A DNA stretch of 64,000 bases from Planctomycetota bacterium (lineage in GTDB: Bacteria > Planctomycetota > UBA1135). Within the stretch, counting starts at the first letter, position 1, and each line of letters opens with the position of its first letter. The position numbers and the translations under genes are program-made. Below are positions 37,017 to 45,873 of this stretch, piece after piece. The stretch spans positions 1,440 through 65,439 of the forward strand of contig JBDQJC010000005.1 of assembly GCA_040264055.1 (NCBI GenBank). The letters run 5' to 3'. The notes beneath the pieces were generated by a model that was not told the origin of the DNA, searched no databases, and worked only from the letters and a program-made list of their open reading frames with translations.

Positions 37017-37694
37017 TTGGAAACGGTTCTTGAGGTCCTTGCGAGCGCGCCGGCGCTTGCCACCTTCGGCTTGCTTGTCTTGTGCGGCGTTGGCTTCCCA
37101 CCTTGGTCGGAAGAACTCGTACTGCTCGCAAGTGGGTACTTCGTTGCCGAAGGTGCCCTCAGTTATCCCGAAGCAGTTGGCTGGTGCTTCACTGGCATTC
37201 TGGTCGGTGACTCCATCATCTATCTACTCGGCGCTTGGGTCGGAGAACGCGTCTATCACTGGCCGGTTCTGCGCAGCCACATGAAGGCGCGGCATAGAAA
37301 CAAGTTTAATAGGTTGTTTTTTAAGCATGGCACGCTCGCGGTGTTTCTCGCGCGCTTCTTGCCCGGCTTCCGCATGGTCGCTTACTTCGTCGCGGGCAAC
37401 CTCGGCATGCGCTACCTGAAGTTCGTGTTGCTCGATTCGATCGGCGCCTTGCTGACTGTGCCGATCTCGGTCTACGCAGGCTTGCTGCTTGCCGAGAATT
37501 TAGACAAGGCGCAAGAACTGTTTCATCGCTACCAGGTCCCGATCGCGATCGTCGGTGTGCTTGCTTTGATCGCCTTCTTGCGCGTGCGCCGCAACCGCCG
37601 CATCGCCCGTTTCTCCGAGCTTCAGCGCGAGCGCGCCGAGCGTCAATCGAAGCGAGCCAGGAAGAACCCAGCCGCTGACGCAGGAACCGAGTGA
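37017..37694 (+). CDS. DedA/VTT-family membrane protein
   Basis: In frame inside ORF 36846-37694. There is no ATG after the FHA gene start, so TTG 37017 (LETVLEVLAS...) is the most plausible start. FPPWSEELVLLASGYF...GDSIIYLLG...FLARFLPGFRMVAYFVAG are DedA signatures. The start is uncertain. Confidence 0.75.
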   Translation: METVLEVLASAPALATFGLLVLCGVGFPPWSEELVLLASGYFVAEGALSYPEAVGWCFTGILVGDSIIYLLGAWVGERVYHWPVLRSHMKARHRNKFNRLFFKHGTLAVFLARFLPGFRMVAYFVAGNLGMRYLKFVLLDSIGALLTVPISVYAGLLLAENLDKAQELFHRYQVPIAIVGVLALIAFLRVRRNRRIARFSELQRERAERQSKRARKNPAADAGTE

Positions 37695-37723
37695 TCCTTC
37701 CTGCCGTTTTGCTAAGGACACGA

Positions 37724-37729
37724 TAGAAT
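37724..37729 (+). promoter_or_regulatory. -10-like hexamer TAGAAT upstream of hppA (about 66-nt leader to ATG 37802)
   Basis: cgaTAGAATtcgcgg, 30 nt after the DedA stop. Confidence 0.3.
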
Positions 37730-37801
37730 TCGCGGCTCGATTTGCATGGCCAGGTGCAAAAGCATAAAAACCGGCCTGCCCCCCCGTCTCCGCCAGAAAC
37801 G

Positions 37802-39826
37802 ATGGAACAAGTACTGGAATTTCTCCCCTGGATCGGCGCCGGCCTTGCGCTGGTCGTCGCATTCGCGCTGCAGCGTCAGGTCATGGCCGCCCCGGCCGGC
37901 ACCGACCGCATGAAGGAACTTGCAACGGCTATCCAAGAGGGTGCGAGAGCATTCTTGGTCACCGAATACAAGCTGCTCACGATCTTCGTCGTGGTTGTTG
38001 CAATCGGCCTCTTCGCTCTCGGCGAAGACAAAGGTGGCGGAATGCCAACCGCGGTCGCTTTCCTTTCCGGCGCATTCGCTTCGGCGCTTGCTGGTTGGAT
38101 CGGCATGCACACCGCAACCCGCGCTGCCGTTCGTACCACCGAAGCCGCCCGCACCGGCTTGGCTGGTGCGCTGACCGTCGCTTTCCGAAGCGGCACCGTC
38201 ATGGGCATGACTGTGGTTGGCCTCGGCCTGCTCGGCGTGACGCTGTTCACACAGTGGTACGGCATCGACGAGATCGGCCTGCAAGGCGTGCTCGGATTCA
38301 GCTTCGGCGCTTCCTCGATTGCGCTGTTCGCTCGTGTTGGCGGCGGCATCTACACCAAAGCTGCTGACGTCGGCGCTGACCTGGTCGGTAAAGTCGAAGC
38401 CGGTATTCCGGAAGACGACCCTCGCAACCCTGCCACCATCGCCGACAACGTCGGTGACAACGTCGGCGACGTTGCCGGCATGGGCGCGGACCTGTTTGAG
38501 TCCTATGTGGGCTCGATCATCGCAGCCATGACCCTGGGCGCAGTCGCGGTTGCGACTGGCAACGCAGAAACTGCTCTGGTTCAACTGCCGCTGACTCTGG
38601 CTGCAGTTGGCATCTTCTCGTCGATCGTCGGCACCTTCTTCGTGAAGACCGAAGATGAAGAAAAGATCCACTCGGCGCTGTTCCGCGGCATGGTCGTCGC
38701 CTCGCTGCTCATGCTGGCGGGTGCTTACTACCTGACCAACATGGCAGATATGGACTTCGGCACTTCCTACGACGGAATGCAGTTGTTCTATGCGATTCTC
38801 GCTGGCCTGCTTGCGGGCGTGGTGATCGGAAAGATCACCGAGTACTACACCGCGTTCGAGTACAAGCCGGTGCAAAGCATCGCTTCGCAGTCGGAAACCG
38901 GTGAAGCCACCAACATCATCGCTGGCCTCGGTGTCGGCATGAAGTCGACCGCGTTCCCCGTCTTGGTGATCGTGGCCGCGATTGGTATCTCGTTCGAGCA
39001 AGCCGGGATCTACGGCATCGCACTGGCTGCTGTCGGCATGCTTTCGACTCTCGGCATCACGCTGGGCGTCGATGCTTACGGTCCGGTCGCAGACAACGCG
39101 GGTGGCATGGCCGAGATGGCCGAGCTGCCGCCAGAAGTTCGTGAGCGTACCGATGCTCTCGACGCGGTCGGCAACACCACTGCCGCGATCGGCAAAGGCT
39201 TCGCGATTGGCTCGGCAGCACTGACTGCTCTGGCCTTCTTCTCGGCCTTCGGTGCGAAAGCTAACGTTAGCCTCGAGATCACCGACCCCACGGTCGTGAT
39301 GGGCTTGCTGATGGGCGCCATGCTGCCCTTCGTCTTCGGTGCCATGACGATGGAAGCCGTCGGTCGCGCAGCCTTCTCGATGATCGAAGAAGTGCGTCGC
39401 CAGTTCCGCGAGATTCCGGGCATCCTCGAAGGTACCGGTAAGCCTGACTACGCCGCCTGTGTGTCGATCTCGACCAAGGGCTCGTTGAAGGAAATGGTCG
39501 CTCCAGGCATGCTCGCCATCCTGGCTCCGATCGTTGTCGGTCTTTACGACGTGCAGATGCTCGGCGGCTTGCTGGCTGGCTCACTCGCTTCGGGCGTCAT
39601 GATGGCCCTCTTCATGTCCAACGCCGGTGGCGCTTGGGACAACGCGAAGAAGTACATCGAGAAAGGCGCACACGGCGGCAAAGGTTCTGACACGCACAAA
39701 GCTGCGGTTGTTGGCGACACCGTGGGTGACCCCTTCAAAGACACCTCTGGCCCTTCGCTGAACATTCTGCTCAAGCTGATGTCGGTCGTCAGCCTGCTGC
39801 TGTTGCCGTTCTTCACCGCGAACTAA
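37802..39826 (+). CDS. hppA: Membrane-bound pyrophosphate-energised cation pump (K+-dependent-type pyrophosphatase)
   Basis: About 674 aa from ATG 37802 ([12 protein letters not shown]...). [39 protein letters not shown] (Ala rather than Lys at the K+-dependence position), [16 protein letters not shown]. Confidence 0.95.
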   Translation: MEQVLEFLPWIGAGLALVVAFALQRQVMAAPAGTDRMKELATAIQEGARAFLVTEYKLLTIFVVVVAIGLFALGEDKGGGMPTAVAFLSGAFASALAGWIGMHTATRAAVRTTEAARTGLAGALTVAFRSGTVMGMTVVGLGLLGVTLFTQWYGIDEIGLQGVLGFSFGASSIALFARVGGGIYTKAADVGADLVGKVEAGIPEDDPRNPATIADNVGDNVGDVAGMGADLFESYVGSIIAAMTLGAVAVATGNAETALVQLPLTLAAVGIFSSIVGTFFVKTEDEEKIHSALFRGMVVASLLMLAGAYYLTNMADMDFGTSYDGMQLFYAILAGLLAGVVIGKITEYYTAFEYKPVQSIASQSETGEATNIIAGLGVGMKSTAFPVLVIVAAIGISFEQAGIYGIALAAVGMLSTLGITLGVDAYGPVADNAGGMAEMAELPPEVRERTDALDAVGNTTAAIGKGFAIGSAALTALAFFSAFGAKANVSLEITDPTVVMGLLMGAMLPFVFGAMTMEAVGRAAFSMIEEVRRQFREIPGILEGTGKPDYAACVSISTKGSLKEMVAPGMLAILAPIVVGLYDVQMLGGLLAGSLASGVMMALFMSNAGGAWDNAKKYIEKGAHGGKGSDTHKAAVVGDTVGDPFKDTSGPSLNILLKLMSVVSLLLLPFFTAN

Positions 39827-39833
39827 TCAGCTT

Positions 39834-40271
39834 GTGTTCGAAATCCCCGCCGATCCGGCGACTTGGACGTCTCAAGAGCTAGCTTTCGGGCTAGCTCTTG
39901 AAGCGCACGACCTGAAGGCCGAGGACGTCTGTGTCCTCGGCGTTCAGGAATTGCTTTATGTGGTCGACTACTTCGTGCTCGCCACCACACAAAGCGCACG
40001 CCAGACCAAGGCTCTTGCCGACAGCTTGAACGAGCTGGCCAAGAAGTCCGTTGGCAGCAAGGGCAAGCTCGAGGGCACGCAGCGCTCATCTTGGCTCTTG
40101 ATCGACCTCGGCAACGTGGTCGTGCACATCCTCACCGAGGAAGCGCGTGAGTTCTACGCGCTCGATGAACTCTGGGCCGACGCCGACCGCTACGAGATGG
40201 CGGAAGACGGCGATTCCGGAGAAGAACCGGAAGAAGCCGCGGCGGCAACCGACGGCGAAGAGCTCGCTTGA
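39834..40271 (+). CDS. rsfS: Ribosome silencing factor RsfS (iojap-like) with acidic C-terminal tail
   Basis: DVCVLGVQELLYVVDYFVLATTQSARQTKALADSL...WLLIDLGNVVVHILTEEAREFYALDELW. Confidence 0.9.
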   Translation: MFEIPADPATWTSQELAFGLALEAHDLKAEDVCVLGVQELLYVVDYFVLATTQSARQTKALADSLNELAKKSVGSKGKLEGTQRSSWLLIDLGNVVVHILTEEAREFYALDELWADADRYEMAEDGDSGEEPEEAAAATDGEELA

Positions 40272-41251
40272 GGGCTGGCGTCGATCTGGCGCGAATCGCC
40301 TCGATCGAAGACCAGCTCCATCTCGGGGAAGCGTAAAGCAGCCAAGGCGTTGTCTAAGCCATAGGCACGCCCCTGAGCTCGCTCGACGTTTCTGTGCCCT
40401 ACCGAGAAGTCCACGCAGATGGCGTTGCCTCGGGGCCCCAGAGCCTGCTCTGGAGCAGCCCCCTCGAATAGGTAGGGCCCGGCCTTCACCGGACGCTCCT
40501 CATCGAGCACCGAACGCCAATAGTGGCCGAAGACCACCGTGCGCTTGCGCGCATAGTCCTGCCACCAGGGCACGCGCTCGACCTTGCGCAGGCGGCCCCC
40601 CGCCCAGAAGGGCTCAGGGGTCGGTCGCTCCATTCCCGAGGTCGCGAGCGCGACTGGGTTCTGGTTTTGCCGACGCAAGTCTGCGACCAAGGAACGCAGG
40701 TCAATGTGCTCGCGCTGCAAACCGGCATCGATGCGCCGCTCATACTCGCGGAAGATCATGTCGGCGGAACCGGGCACCAGCCTCAACTTCGCTTTCAGGG
40801 CAGGTTCCCAGCAAGCATGGACGGCTCGCAAGTCCTGGCGCTCAAAGCCAAGCGGCAGACTGCGCAGGAACTCGGCGATCCAGGTGCGCGTGGCATCGTC
40901 GGCGAGCGTTTGCACCACGCGGCCGCCTTCGCGGAGATCCTGCGTCTCCCCCCAATACCACTCGTTGCCTTCCCGGCGCTTCTCGAGCAGCAAGTTGAGC
41001 TCATGATTCCCCAGCAGGCAGTAAGCGTGCCCTGCCTCAACCAACTCGCGCACCAAGGCAACAACCGCAATGCTGTCGGTGCCGCGATCGACGAGGTCGC
41101 CCAGGAAGACCAGCCGCCGTCCTTCTGCGTGCGTGCCATCGGGTCGATAGCCCAGCAGCGCCAGTAGGCGCTCCAAGGCTTCGATTTCTCCGTGGATGTC
41201 GCCGACCAGGTCGAGCGGGCCATCCGGGAGGGGCGCGATCTGGGCTCCCAT
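40190..41251 (-). CDS. Metallophosphoesterase (PrpE/ApaH-like Ser/Thr phosphatase or bis(5'-nucleosyl)-tetraphosphatase)
   Basis: LVGDIHGEIEAL, VFLGDLVDRGTDS, LLGNHELN blocks. The 3' end overlaps rsfS by 82 nt. Confidence 0.85.
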   Translation of the reverse strand: MGAQIAPLPDGPLDLVGDIHGEIEALERLLALLGYRPDGTHAEGRRLVFLGDLVDRGTDSIAVVALVRELVEAGHAYCLLGNHELNLLLEKRREGNEWYWGETQDLREGGRVVQTLADDATRTWIAEFLRSLPLGFERQDLRAVHACWEPALKAKLRLVPGSADMIFREYERRIDAGLQREHIDLRSLVADLRRQNQNPVALATSGMERPTPEPFWAGGRLRKVERVPWWQDYARKRTVVFGHYWRSVLDEERPVKAGPYLFEGAAPEQALGPRGNAICVDFSVGHRNVERAQGRAYGLDNALAALRFPEMELVFDRGDSRQIDASPQASSSPSVAAAASSGSSPESPSSAIS

Positions 41252-41281
41252 GACTCTCTATCGGCCAATCAATCCGGCCAC

Positions 41282-41317
41282 AAAAAAAAGGGTGGGGACG
41301 CCGAAGCGTCCCCACCC
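41282..41317 (-). terminator. Rho-independent terminator of the porin-like gene
   Basis: Minus strand has a 12-bp GC-rich stem GGGTGGGGACGC / GCGTCCCCACCC closed by a UUCG tetraloop, followed by T8. It begins about 20 nt after the stop codon. It is the only textbook intrinsic terminator I found in the window. Confidence 0.8.
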
Positions 41318-41338
41318 TGAAAGGATTCTATCGAATCC

Positions 41339-42568
41339 TTAGAAAGCAGTCCCGATGGTGGTCCAGATGATGTCGTCGTCCACGCCGCCAGCATCGTCGC
41401 TGGAGGTGTGAGCGTAACCCAACCAGAGGTCGACGGAGCCCGCGAGGGTGGTGCCAACTTGGATGTCCCATTCGGTGGTATCTGCGCCCATGCTATCGAT
41501 GGCCCAGAAGGAAATCTTGCCGTTCCAGTTCTCGCCCGGGGCAAAGCCCAGTTGAGCGGTCATGGTGTCGGTGTCCGAGGTCCAGACGCCGTTCGGCAGG
41601 AAGTCGCGCAGACCAGCAACAGCGTGACGAATCGCGCCGGCTGCACCCCACGGGTACATCACAGGCGAGAAGTCGTCGTCCGATCCAGTGAACTGGATCA
41701 TCAGGCCGCCGTCTTGCACGCCAGGGATCGACTCGAGTGCATCGAGGCCGATGGTGGTCGACAGAGCGAATGCGTCGCCGCCTTCGTCCTGCGTCGCGAA
41801 TTCAGCATCCCAGCCGAAGCCGACGAGCTCGCCAGCAATCTGGGTACCCATGTACCAGCCGTCTTCCAGGCTCAAGCCGCCATCGCGACCCGAGAGCAGG
41901 TAGGGGCTGAAGTGGATGTCACCCAAGGGGCTGTCGGTTTCGAAGACCCAGTCAAAGGTCAAACCGAACAGATCGTCCATTTCAGGAATCGAACCACCCA
42001 GCAATGCAGCGCCATCGCTGTCATGCTGGCTGTTCAGCAAGAACAACTGGACGTTTGCGCCAGCAGCTTCGTGGTCGTACCAGAAACCCGTTTGGATTTG
42101 TGGTGCTTGATCCCAATCGTCCGAGCCAAGAATGCGGCCCGAGCCCAAGGTGAAGTACTTACGACCAATGGTGATCTTGCCACCATCGCCGAAGACGTCG
42201 TTGCCGTAGAAGTACGCCAAGTCGATCCGGGTGTCCAGCGAGCTGTCGTTGCCGAGGGCAAAATCAGCAGCTTGCGTGCCCCAGCTTTCAAAGCCGGTGA
42301 ACCCGAGTACACCACCCACTTGCTCGTTCACAGTGAACCCGAAGCGGATGCGGTAGCGACCGTCGATCGACTTCGAGTCGCCGCCGGACATGTAGTAGTT
42401 GCGGATACGGGCGTCGCCCGAGATGTCCACGTTGCTTGTAGCCGAAGCAGTTAGCCCGCTGTTGAGTTCGCTCAGGGCGCGCTCCAGGGATTCTTCGCCT
42501 TGTTGGGCGACACCCTGCGCGCTCAGCGACGCAGCGGCCAAAGCGGCCATGATCAGTTGAACCTTCAT
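41339..42568 (-). CDS. Porin-like outer membrane beta-barrel protein
   Basis: Signal peptide MKVQLIMAALAAASLSAQG. Alternating amphipathic beta pattern rich in G/D/Y/W. C-terminal ...TTIGTAF ends in Phe. Strong SD AGGAGG 5 nt before ATG 42568 (GTG 42571 is also in frame). Confidence 0.65.
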   Translation of the reverse strand: MKVQLIMAALAAASLSAQGVAQQGEESLERALSELNSGLTASATSNVDISGDARIRNYYMSGGDSKSIDGRYRIRFGFTVNEQVGGVLGFTGFESWGTQAADFALGNDSSLDTRIDLAYFYGNDVFGDGGKITIGRKYFTLGSGRILGSDDWDQAPQIQTGFWYDHEAAGANVQLFLLNSQHDSDGAALLGGSIPEMDDLFGLTFDWVFETDSPLGDIHFSPYLLSGRDGGLSLEDGWYMGTQIAGELVGFGWDAEFATQDEGGDAFALSTTIGLDALESIPGVQDGGLMIQFTGSDDDFSPVMYPWGAAGAIRHAVAGLRDFLPNGVWTSDTDTMTAQLGFAPGENWNGKISFWAIDSMGADTTEWDIQVGTTLAGSVDLWLGYAHTSSDDAGGVDDDIIWTTIGTAF

Positions 42569-42625
42569 CACTTCCTCCTTTTTGCCTCGGTGAGAGGCTG
42601 ATTGTGTTCCCCCGAAGGGGATGAG

Positions 42626-42631
42626 AATCTA
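42626..42631 (-). promoter_or_regulatory. -10-like hexamer TAGATT for the porin-like gene (about 50-nt leader with small UUCG hairpin and AGGAGG SD)
   Basis: Minus strand reads gtTAGATTctcaTCCCCTTCGGGGGAacacaatcagcctctcaccgaggcaaaaAGGAGGaagtgATG. Confidence 0.35.
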
Positions 42632-43133
42632 ACGTCCGCGGGGGAGAGCCCCGAGCCCGAGAGGGCCACGTTCGAGAGATTTTCAAGTCAACTTCATGCG
42701 GACCGGGGGGTCGTTTCGAAGTTGGCGGAACATTTTGCCGGTAGTACTTCCCTGTGCAAGCCCTTTCTGGGCAGACCAGACACCACTGCCAGCGTTCCTT
42801 CAGATAAACATCGGCAGCCCCTCTCGGGGTTTTCTCGTTTTCGACGGGTTCGGGCCTCTTTTTCGCTAAAGGTCCGTAAGTTATTTTATTTAAGTGATTT
42901 ACGGGATTCGAAACTCGCTTCTCAGCTGTGATAGGCGCATTTTTTGGCCCTGATATTTACCCTAAACCTTTTATATGAAAGCGTTTATATCCGATTTTCA
43001 AAAACACGCTCAGCTAGCTCTGAAATGGCTGCTTTTCTGGGCAAGCTCGACGGACCCGTGTCGAATTTGAGCACATCCATTTAAAGGGGGGAACTCGGGA
43101 ATCGAGAAATTCCCCTTCTGCTCCGGAAACTGG

Positions 43134-43139
43134 CAGAAT
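43134..43139 (+). promoter_or_regulatory. -10-like hexamer CAGAAT, 8 nt upstream of ATG 43148 (leaderless configuration)
   Basis: tggCAGAATcaccgcccATG. Confidence 0.3.
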
Positions 43140-43147
43140 CACCGCCC

Positions 43148-44305
43148 ATGCGCGTGCTGCTCGACGGTCGGCGATTGACCCGCGCTCGCCAGCGCGGCGG
43201 GCTCGATGCGGCATGGCGACTGCTGGTTCCGCAGCTCCTGCGCCAGGCACCGAGCGACTCCGAGTTCGGCCTGCTGACCACATCGGCCTACCCATGGCGC
43301 ACCGGAATGCTGCCTCAACTCGCTGCAGCCGGAGCCAGCATCCACCACCACTGGGCAAGCGCATCCGTGATGGCAACGCTCGGTCGATTGGGCCTGCGCA
43401 CCGAGTGGCTCGGGCCCGGCAAGGCTGACTTGCTGCACCTCAGCCACCCGCGCTGGTTCCTCCCCACCCGCGCCCGCGTCGTCGTTTCGGTGCAGAGCCT
43501 GCTGCATCGTGATCATCCGCAGCTTTACCGACCGAAGCAGGTACAACGACTGGAAGAAGGTCTGCAAGGTATGACGGAATCGGCCTGTTTATGGATCTGC
43601 GCCAGTGAGGGCACGCGCGAGGACCTGATCCGGCTCTATCACGTGCCTCGAGGCCGCACGGTCGTGGTTCCGCCAGGCACCACGCCCGGCTTCGCCGAAG
43701 CAGCCGGTGACTTGCCCGCGATTGAGGCCGTGCGGGCACGCTTTGGCCTGCTGGAGCGGCCCTACTTCCTGTTCATCGGTGCAATCGAGGCGCGGAAGAA
43801 TTTGAAGAACTTGGTGGATGCCTTTGAGTTGGCGGTCGAACAGGGCCTCGAATCCGATTTGGTGCTCGCCGGCCCCCACGGTTTCCAAAGCCGCCGCATT
43901 CGCGAGGCTTGCTCCCAGCGTGCCCGACTCCAAGGGCGCCTCCACCGGCCGGGCTATATCGATGGCGCTGAGCTGCCGGCACTGATGGCGGGAGCACGCG
44001 GCTTTGTCCACCCCGCTCGCCACGAGGGTACGGGAATGACCGCTTTGGAAGCGATGGCTGCCGGCACGCCTGTGCTGTGCAGCAATCGCGGTGCGCTTCC
44101 CGAAGTCACGGCCGGGGCAGCTCTGCTCTTCGAGCCGAATGACCCGGCCTCGATCGCGCGCACGCTCCTTCAAAACGAAGGCGACCCGGAACTGCGCGCT
44201 CGCATGCGCGAACAGGGCCTGGAGCGCTCGTCCGCCTTTACCTGGGAACGCAGTGCGGAACAGACGCTCGAAGCCTACGAGCTGGCGATGCGCTTGCCCG
44301 CCTAG
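43148..44305 (+). CDS. Glycosyltransferase family 4 (GT-B, Glycos_transf_1)
   Basis: 385 aa. YFLFIGAIEARKN, FVHPARHEGTGMTALEAMAAGTPVLCSNRGALPEV. Confidence 0.9.
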   Translation: MRVLLDGRRLTRARQRGGLDAAWRLLVPQLLRQAPSDSEFGLLTTSAYPWRTGMLPQLAAAGASIHHHWASASVMATLGRLGLRTEWLGPGKADLLHLSHPRWFLPTRARVVVSVQSLLHRDHPQLYRPKQVQRLEEGLQGMTESACLWICASEGTREDLIRLYHVPRGRTVVVPPGTTPGFAEAAGDLPAIEAVRARFGLLERPYFLFIGAIEARKNLKNLVDAFELAVEQGLESDLVLAGPHGFQSRRIREACSQRARLQGRLHRPGYIDGAELPALMAGARGFVHPARHEGTGMTALEAMAAGTPVLCSNRGALPEVTAGAALLFEPNDPASIARTLLQNEGDPELRARMREQGLERSSAFTWERSAEQTLEAYELAMRLPA

Positions 44306-45207
44306 GGCTTCTTGTTGACGAGCTCGAGATCCGCCGCGTGAATTTGGCCGTCTTGGGCAAACGCGGCCGCTCGGGTCAGTTCGTTCTGCAACTGTCGAAT
44401 GTTGCCTGGCCAATCAAATGCCTGCAACACCTCAAGCGCGTCGTCCGCCAGCTTCGCGGTGGGCAGACCTTCGCCCTCGTTGCGGCTAAGTAGAAAGCGC
44501 GCGAGCGGCTCGATGTCTTCGCGACGCTCGCGTAGAGAAGGGAGGGAAAGCGTCAACACCGCAAGCCGGTAATACAGATCCTCGCGGAAGGCTCCGGCGC
44601 GGATTTGCTTTTCGAGGGCGCGGTTCGTTGCAGCAACAACGCGCACATCGACGTATTTCACCGCATTGCCGCCCACCGGGCGCACTTCGCCCTCTTGAAG
44701 AAAGCGCAGCAGCTTGGCTTGCATTTCCATCGGCATCTCGCCGATCTCATCCAAGAACAAGGTCCCGCCATCTGCGGCTTCGGCATAGCCTTGCCGATCT
44801 TTGTGCGCACCCGTGAAGCTGCCTTTAACGTGACCGAAAAGCTCGGCTTCCAGCAGCGTGGCTGGAATCGCAGCGCAGTTGACCGCGATCAACGGGCCCT
44901 TGCGACGCGGGCCGTGCTTGTGAAGCGCGCTCGCAACCAATTCCTTGCCGGTTCCGGTTTCACCGGTGACCAAGATCGGCACATCGGTGTGCAGCACGCG
45001 CGCCAAAAGCGCGAAGACTTGCTCCATCGCAGGCGAGCCTCCGATCATGCCAAAGCGTCCGGGAAATCCGTCCTCAGGCACTGGCTCGCCTTCGGCCTGG
45101 GCGTCTGACCATCCGCGCAGAATCACGGCGAGATCGCGCCGCTCTTTCGCCGAAAGTCGATCTGCACGGTCGAGCAGATCTTGGAGTTCTTCGCGGAGCG
45201 AATCCAT
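44302..45207 (-). CDS. Sigma-54 interaction (AAA+) domain protein lacking receiver and DNA-binding domains
   Basis: 301 aa. Walker A GETGTGKE, GSFTGA (GAFTGA variant), Walker B LFLDEIGE, REDLYYRL, NIRQLQN. The protein ends about 25 aa after the AAA+ lid with no Fis-type HTH. Only about 55 aa (coiled coil) precede the AAA+ core. Confidence 0.9.
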   Translation of the reverse strand: MDSLREELQDLLDRADRLSAKERRDLAVILRGWSDAQAEGEPVPEDGFPGRFGMIGGSPAMEQVFALLARVLHTDVPILVTGETGTGKELVASALHKHGPRRKGPLIAVNCAAIPATLLEAELFGHVKGSFTGAHKDRQGYAEAADGGTLFLDEIGEMPMEMQAKLLRFLQEGEVRPVGGNAVKYVDVRVVAATNRALEKQIRAGAFREDLYYRLAVLTLSLPSLRERREDIEPLARFLLSRNEGEGLPTAKLADDALEVLQAFDWPGNIRQLQNELTRAAAFAQDGQIHAADLELVNKKP

Positions 45208-45211
45208 GCGT

Positions 45212-45862
45212 TTACTTCAGCTCGGTGCCCGCAAGCAGCTTGACGCCGCGCACGCAGTAGTTCAGCCCCGACATCACCGTCAATCCGACGACGGCGAAAG
45301 TCAGGGTCGCGAAGACATAGGGATTCCGCGTGAAGTCCAAGAACGGCAGGTAGATGAACTCCGGAATGCCGCCGGTCACGCCGAGTGGCACCGCGATGTA
45401 AACCACTTGCAGAATCAGCTTCAGTTTGCCCATGCCATCGGCCCCGAAGGACAAGCCGTGACTCTCGACCAGGCCGCGCAGGGCCGTGACGAGGAACTCG
45501 CGGGCCAGCATCAGCACCACGGCCCAAACCGGGACCACCGCGAAAAAGTCGCCTTCCATGGCCAGGTTGCCGGTCGATCCCATGTAGATCAGGGCGCCGA
45601 GCGTGAGCACTTTGTCGACCACAGGGTCAGCGACGCGTCCAAACGCCGTCACCCATCCGTTGCGGCGCGCCAACCAGCCATCCAAGAAATCACTGATCGC
45701 GGCGATCAGGAAAAACCAGAAAGCCCAAAAGGCCGAGTGCTCGATCTTGGCGGTGTCGCTCGGATCCGCTTCGAGCAACTCGCCCAAGAACCCGAAAGCC
45801 GCGACAGCCAGCACCAAGCGGCTCATCGTGACGAGGTTGGGAATGTGGCGCGACGGAATCAA
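45212..45862 (-). CDS. pgsA: CDP-diacylglycerol--glycerol-3-phosphate 3-phosphatidyltransferase (CDP-alcohol phosphatidyltransferase)
   Basis: HIPNLVTMSRL N-terminus and DFLDGWLARRNGWVTAFGRVADPVVDK (D-G-x2-A-R...G-x3-D-x3-D). Start assigned to in-frame TTG 45862, 12 nt after the rimO stop. The longer ORF (to 46033) would overlap rimO by 160 nt. The start is uncertain. Confidence 0.82.
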   Translation of the reverse strand: MIPSRHIPNLVTMSRLVLAVAAFGFLGELLEADPSDTAKIEHSAFWAFWFFLIAAISDFLDGWLARRNGWVTAFGRVADPVVDKVLTLGALIYMGSTGNLAMEGDFFAVVPVWAVVLMLAREFLVTALRGLVESHGLSFGADGMGKLKLILQVVYIAVPLGVTGGIPEFIYLPFLDFTRNPYVFATLTFAVVGLTVMSGLNYCVRGVKLLAGTELK

Positions 45863-45873
45863 AACGGCGGGAC

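Noticed and set aside
37712-39001. 429-aa minus-strand ORF antisense to hppA
   Set aside because: hppA on the plus strand is unambiguous. The antisense product is low-complexity (D/H/R/G-rich).
42860-43010. The AT-rich stretch as a replication origin (DUE plus DnaA boxes)
   Set aside because: I could find no TTATCCACA-like DnaA boxes, and no dnaA, dnaN or gidA context.
42975-43070. 31-codon small ORF (MKAFISDFQKHAQLALKWLLFWASSTDPCRI) in the AT-rich intergenic region
   Set aside because: It has no SD and no -10 box at leaderless distance, and it is too short to evaluate by composition. It is kept only as a candidate to test with Ribo-seq.
43125-43147. TGGCAG at 43131 as a sigma-54 -24 element for the nearby AAA+ activator
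   Set aside because: There is no TTGC -12 element at the required spacing. The same bases fit better as a CAGAAT -10 box 8 nt from the ATG.
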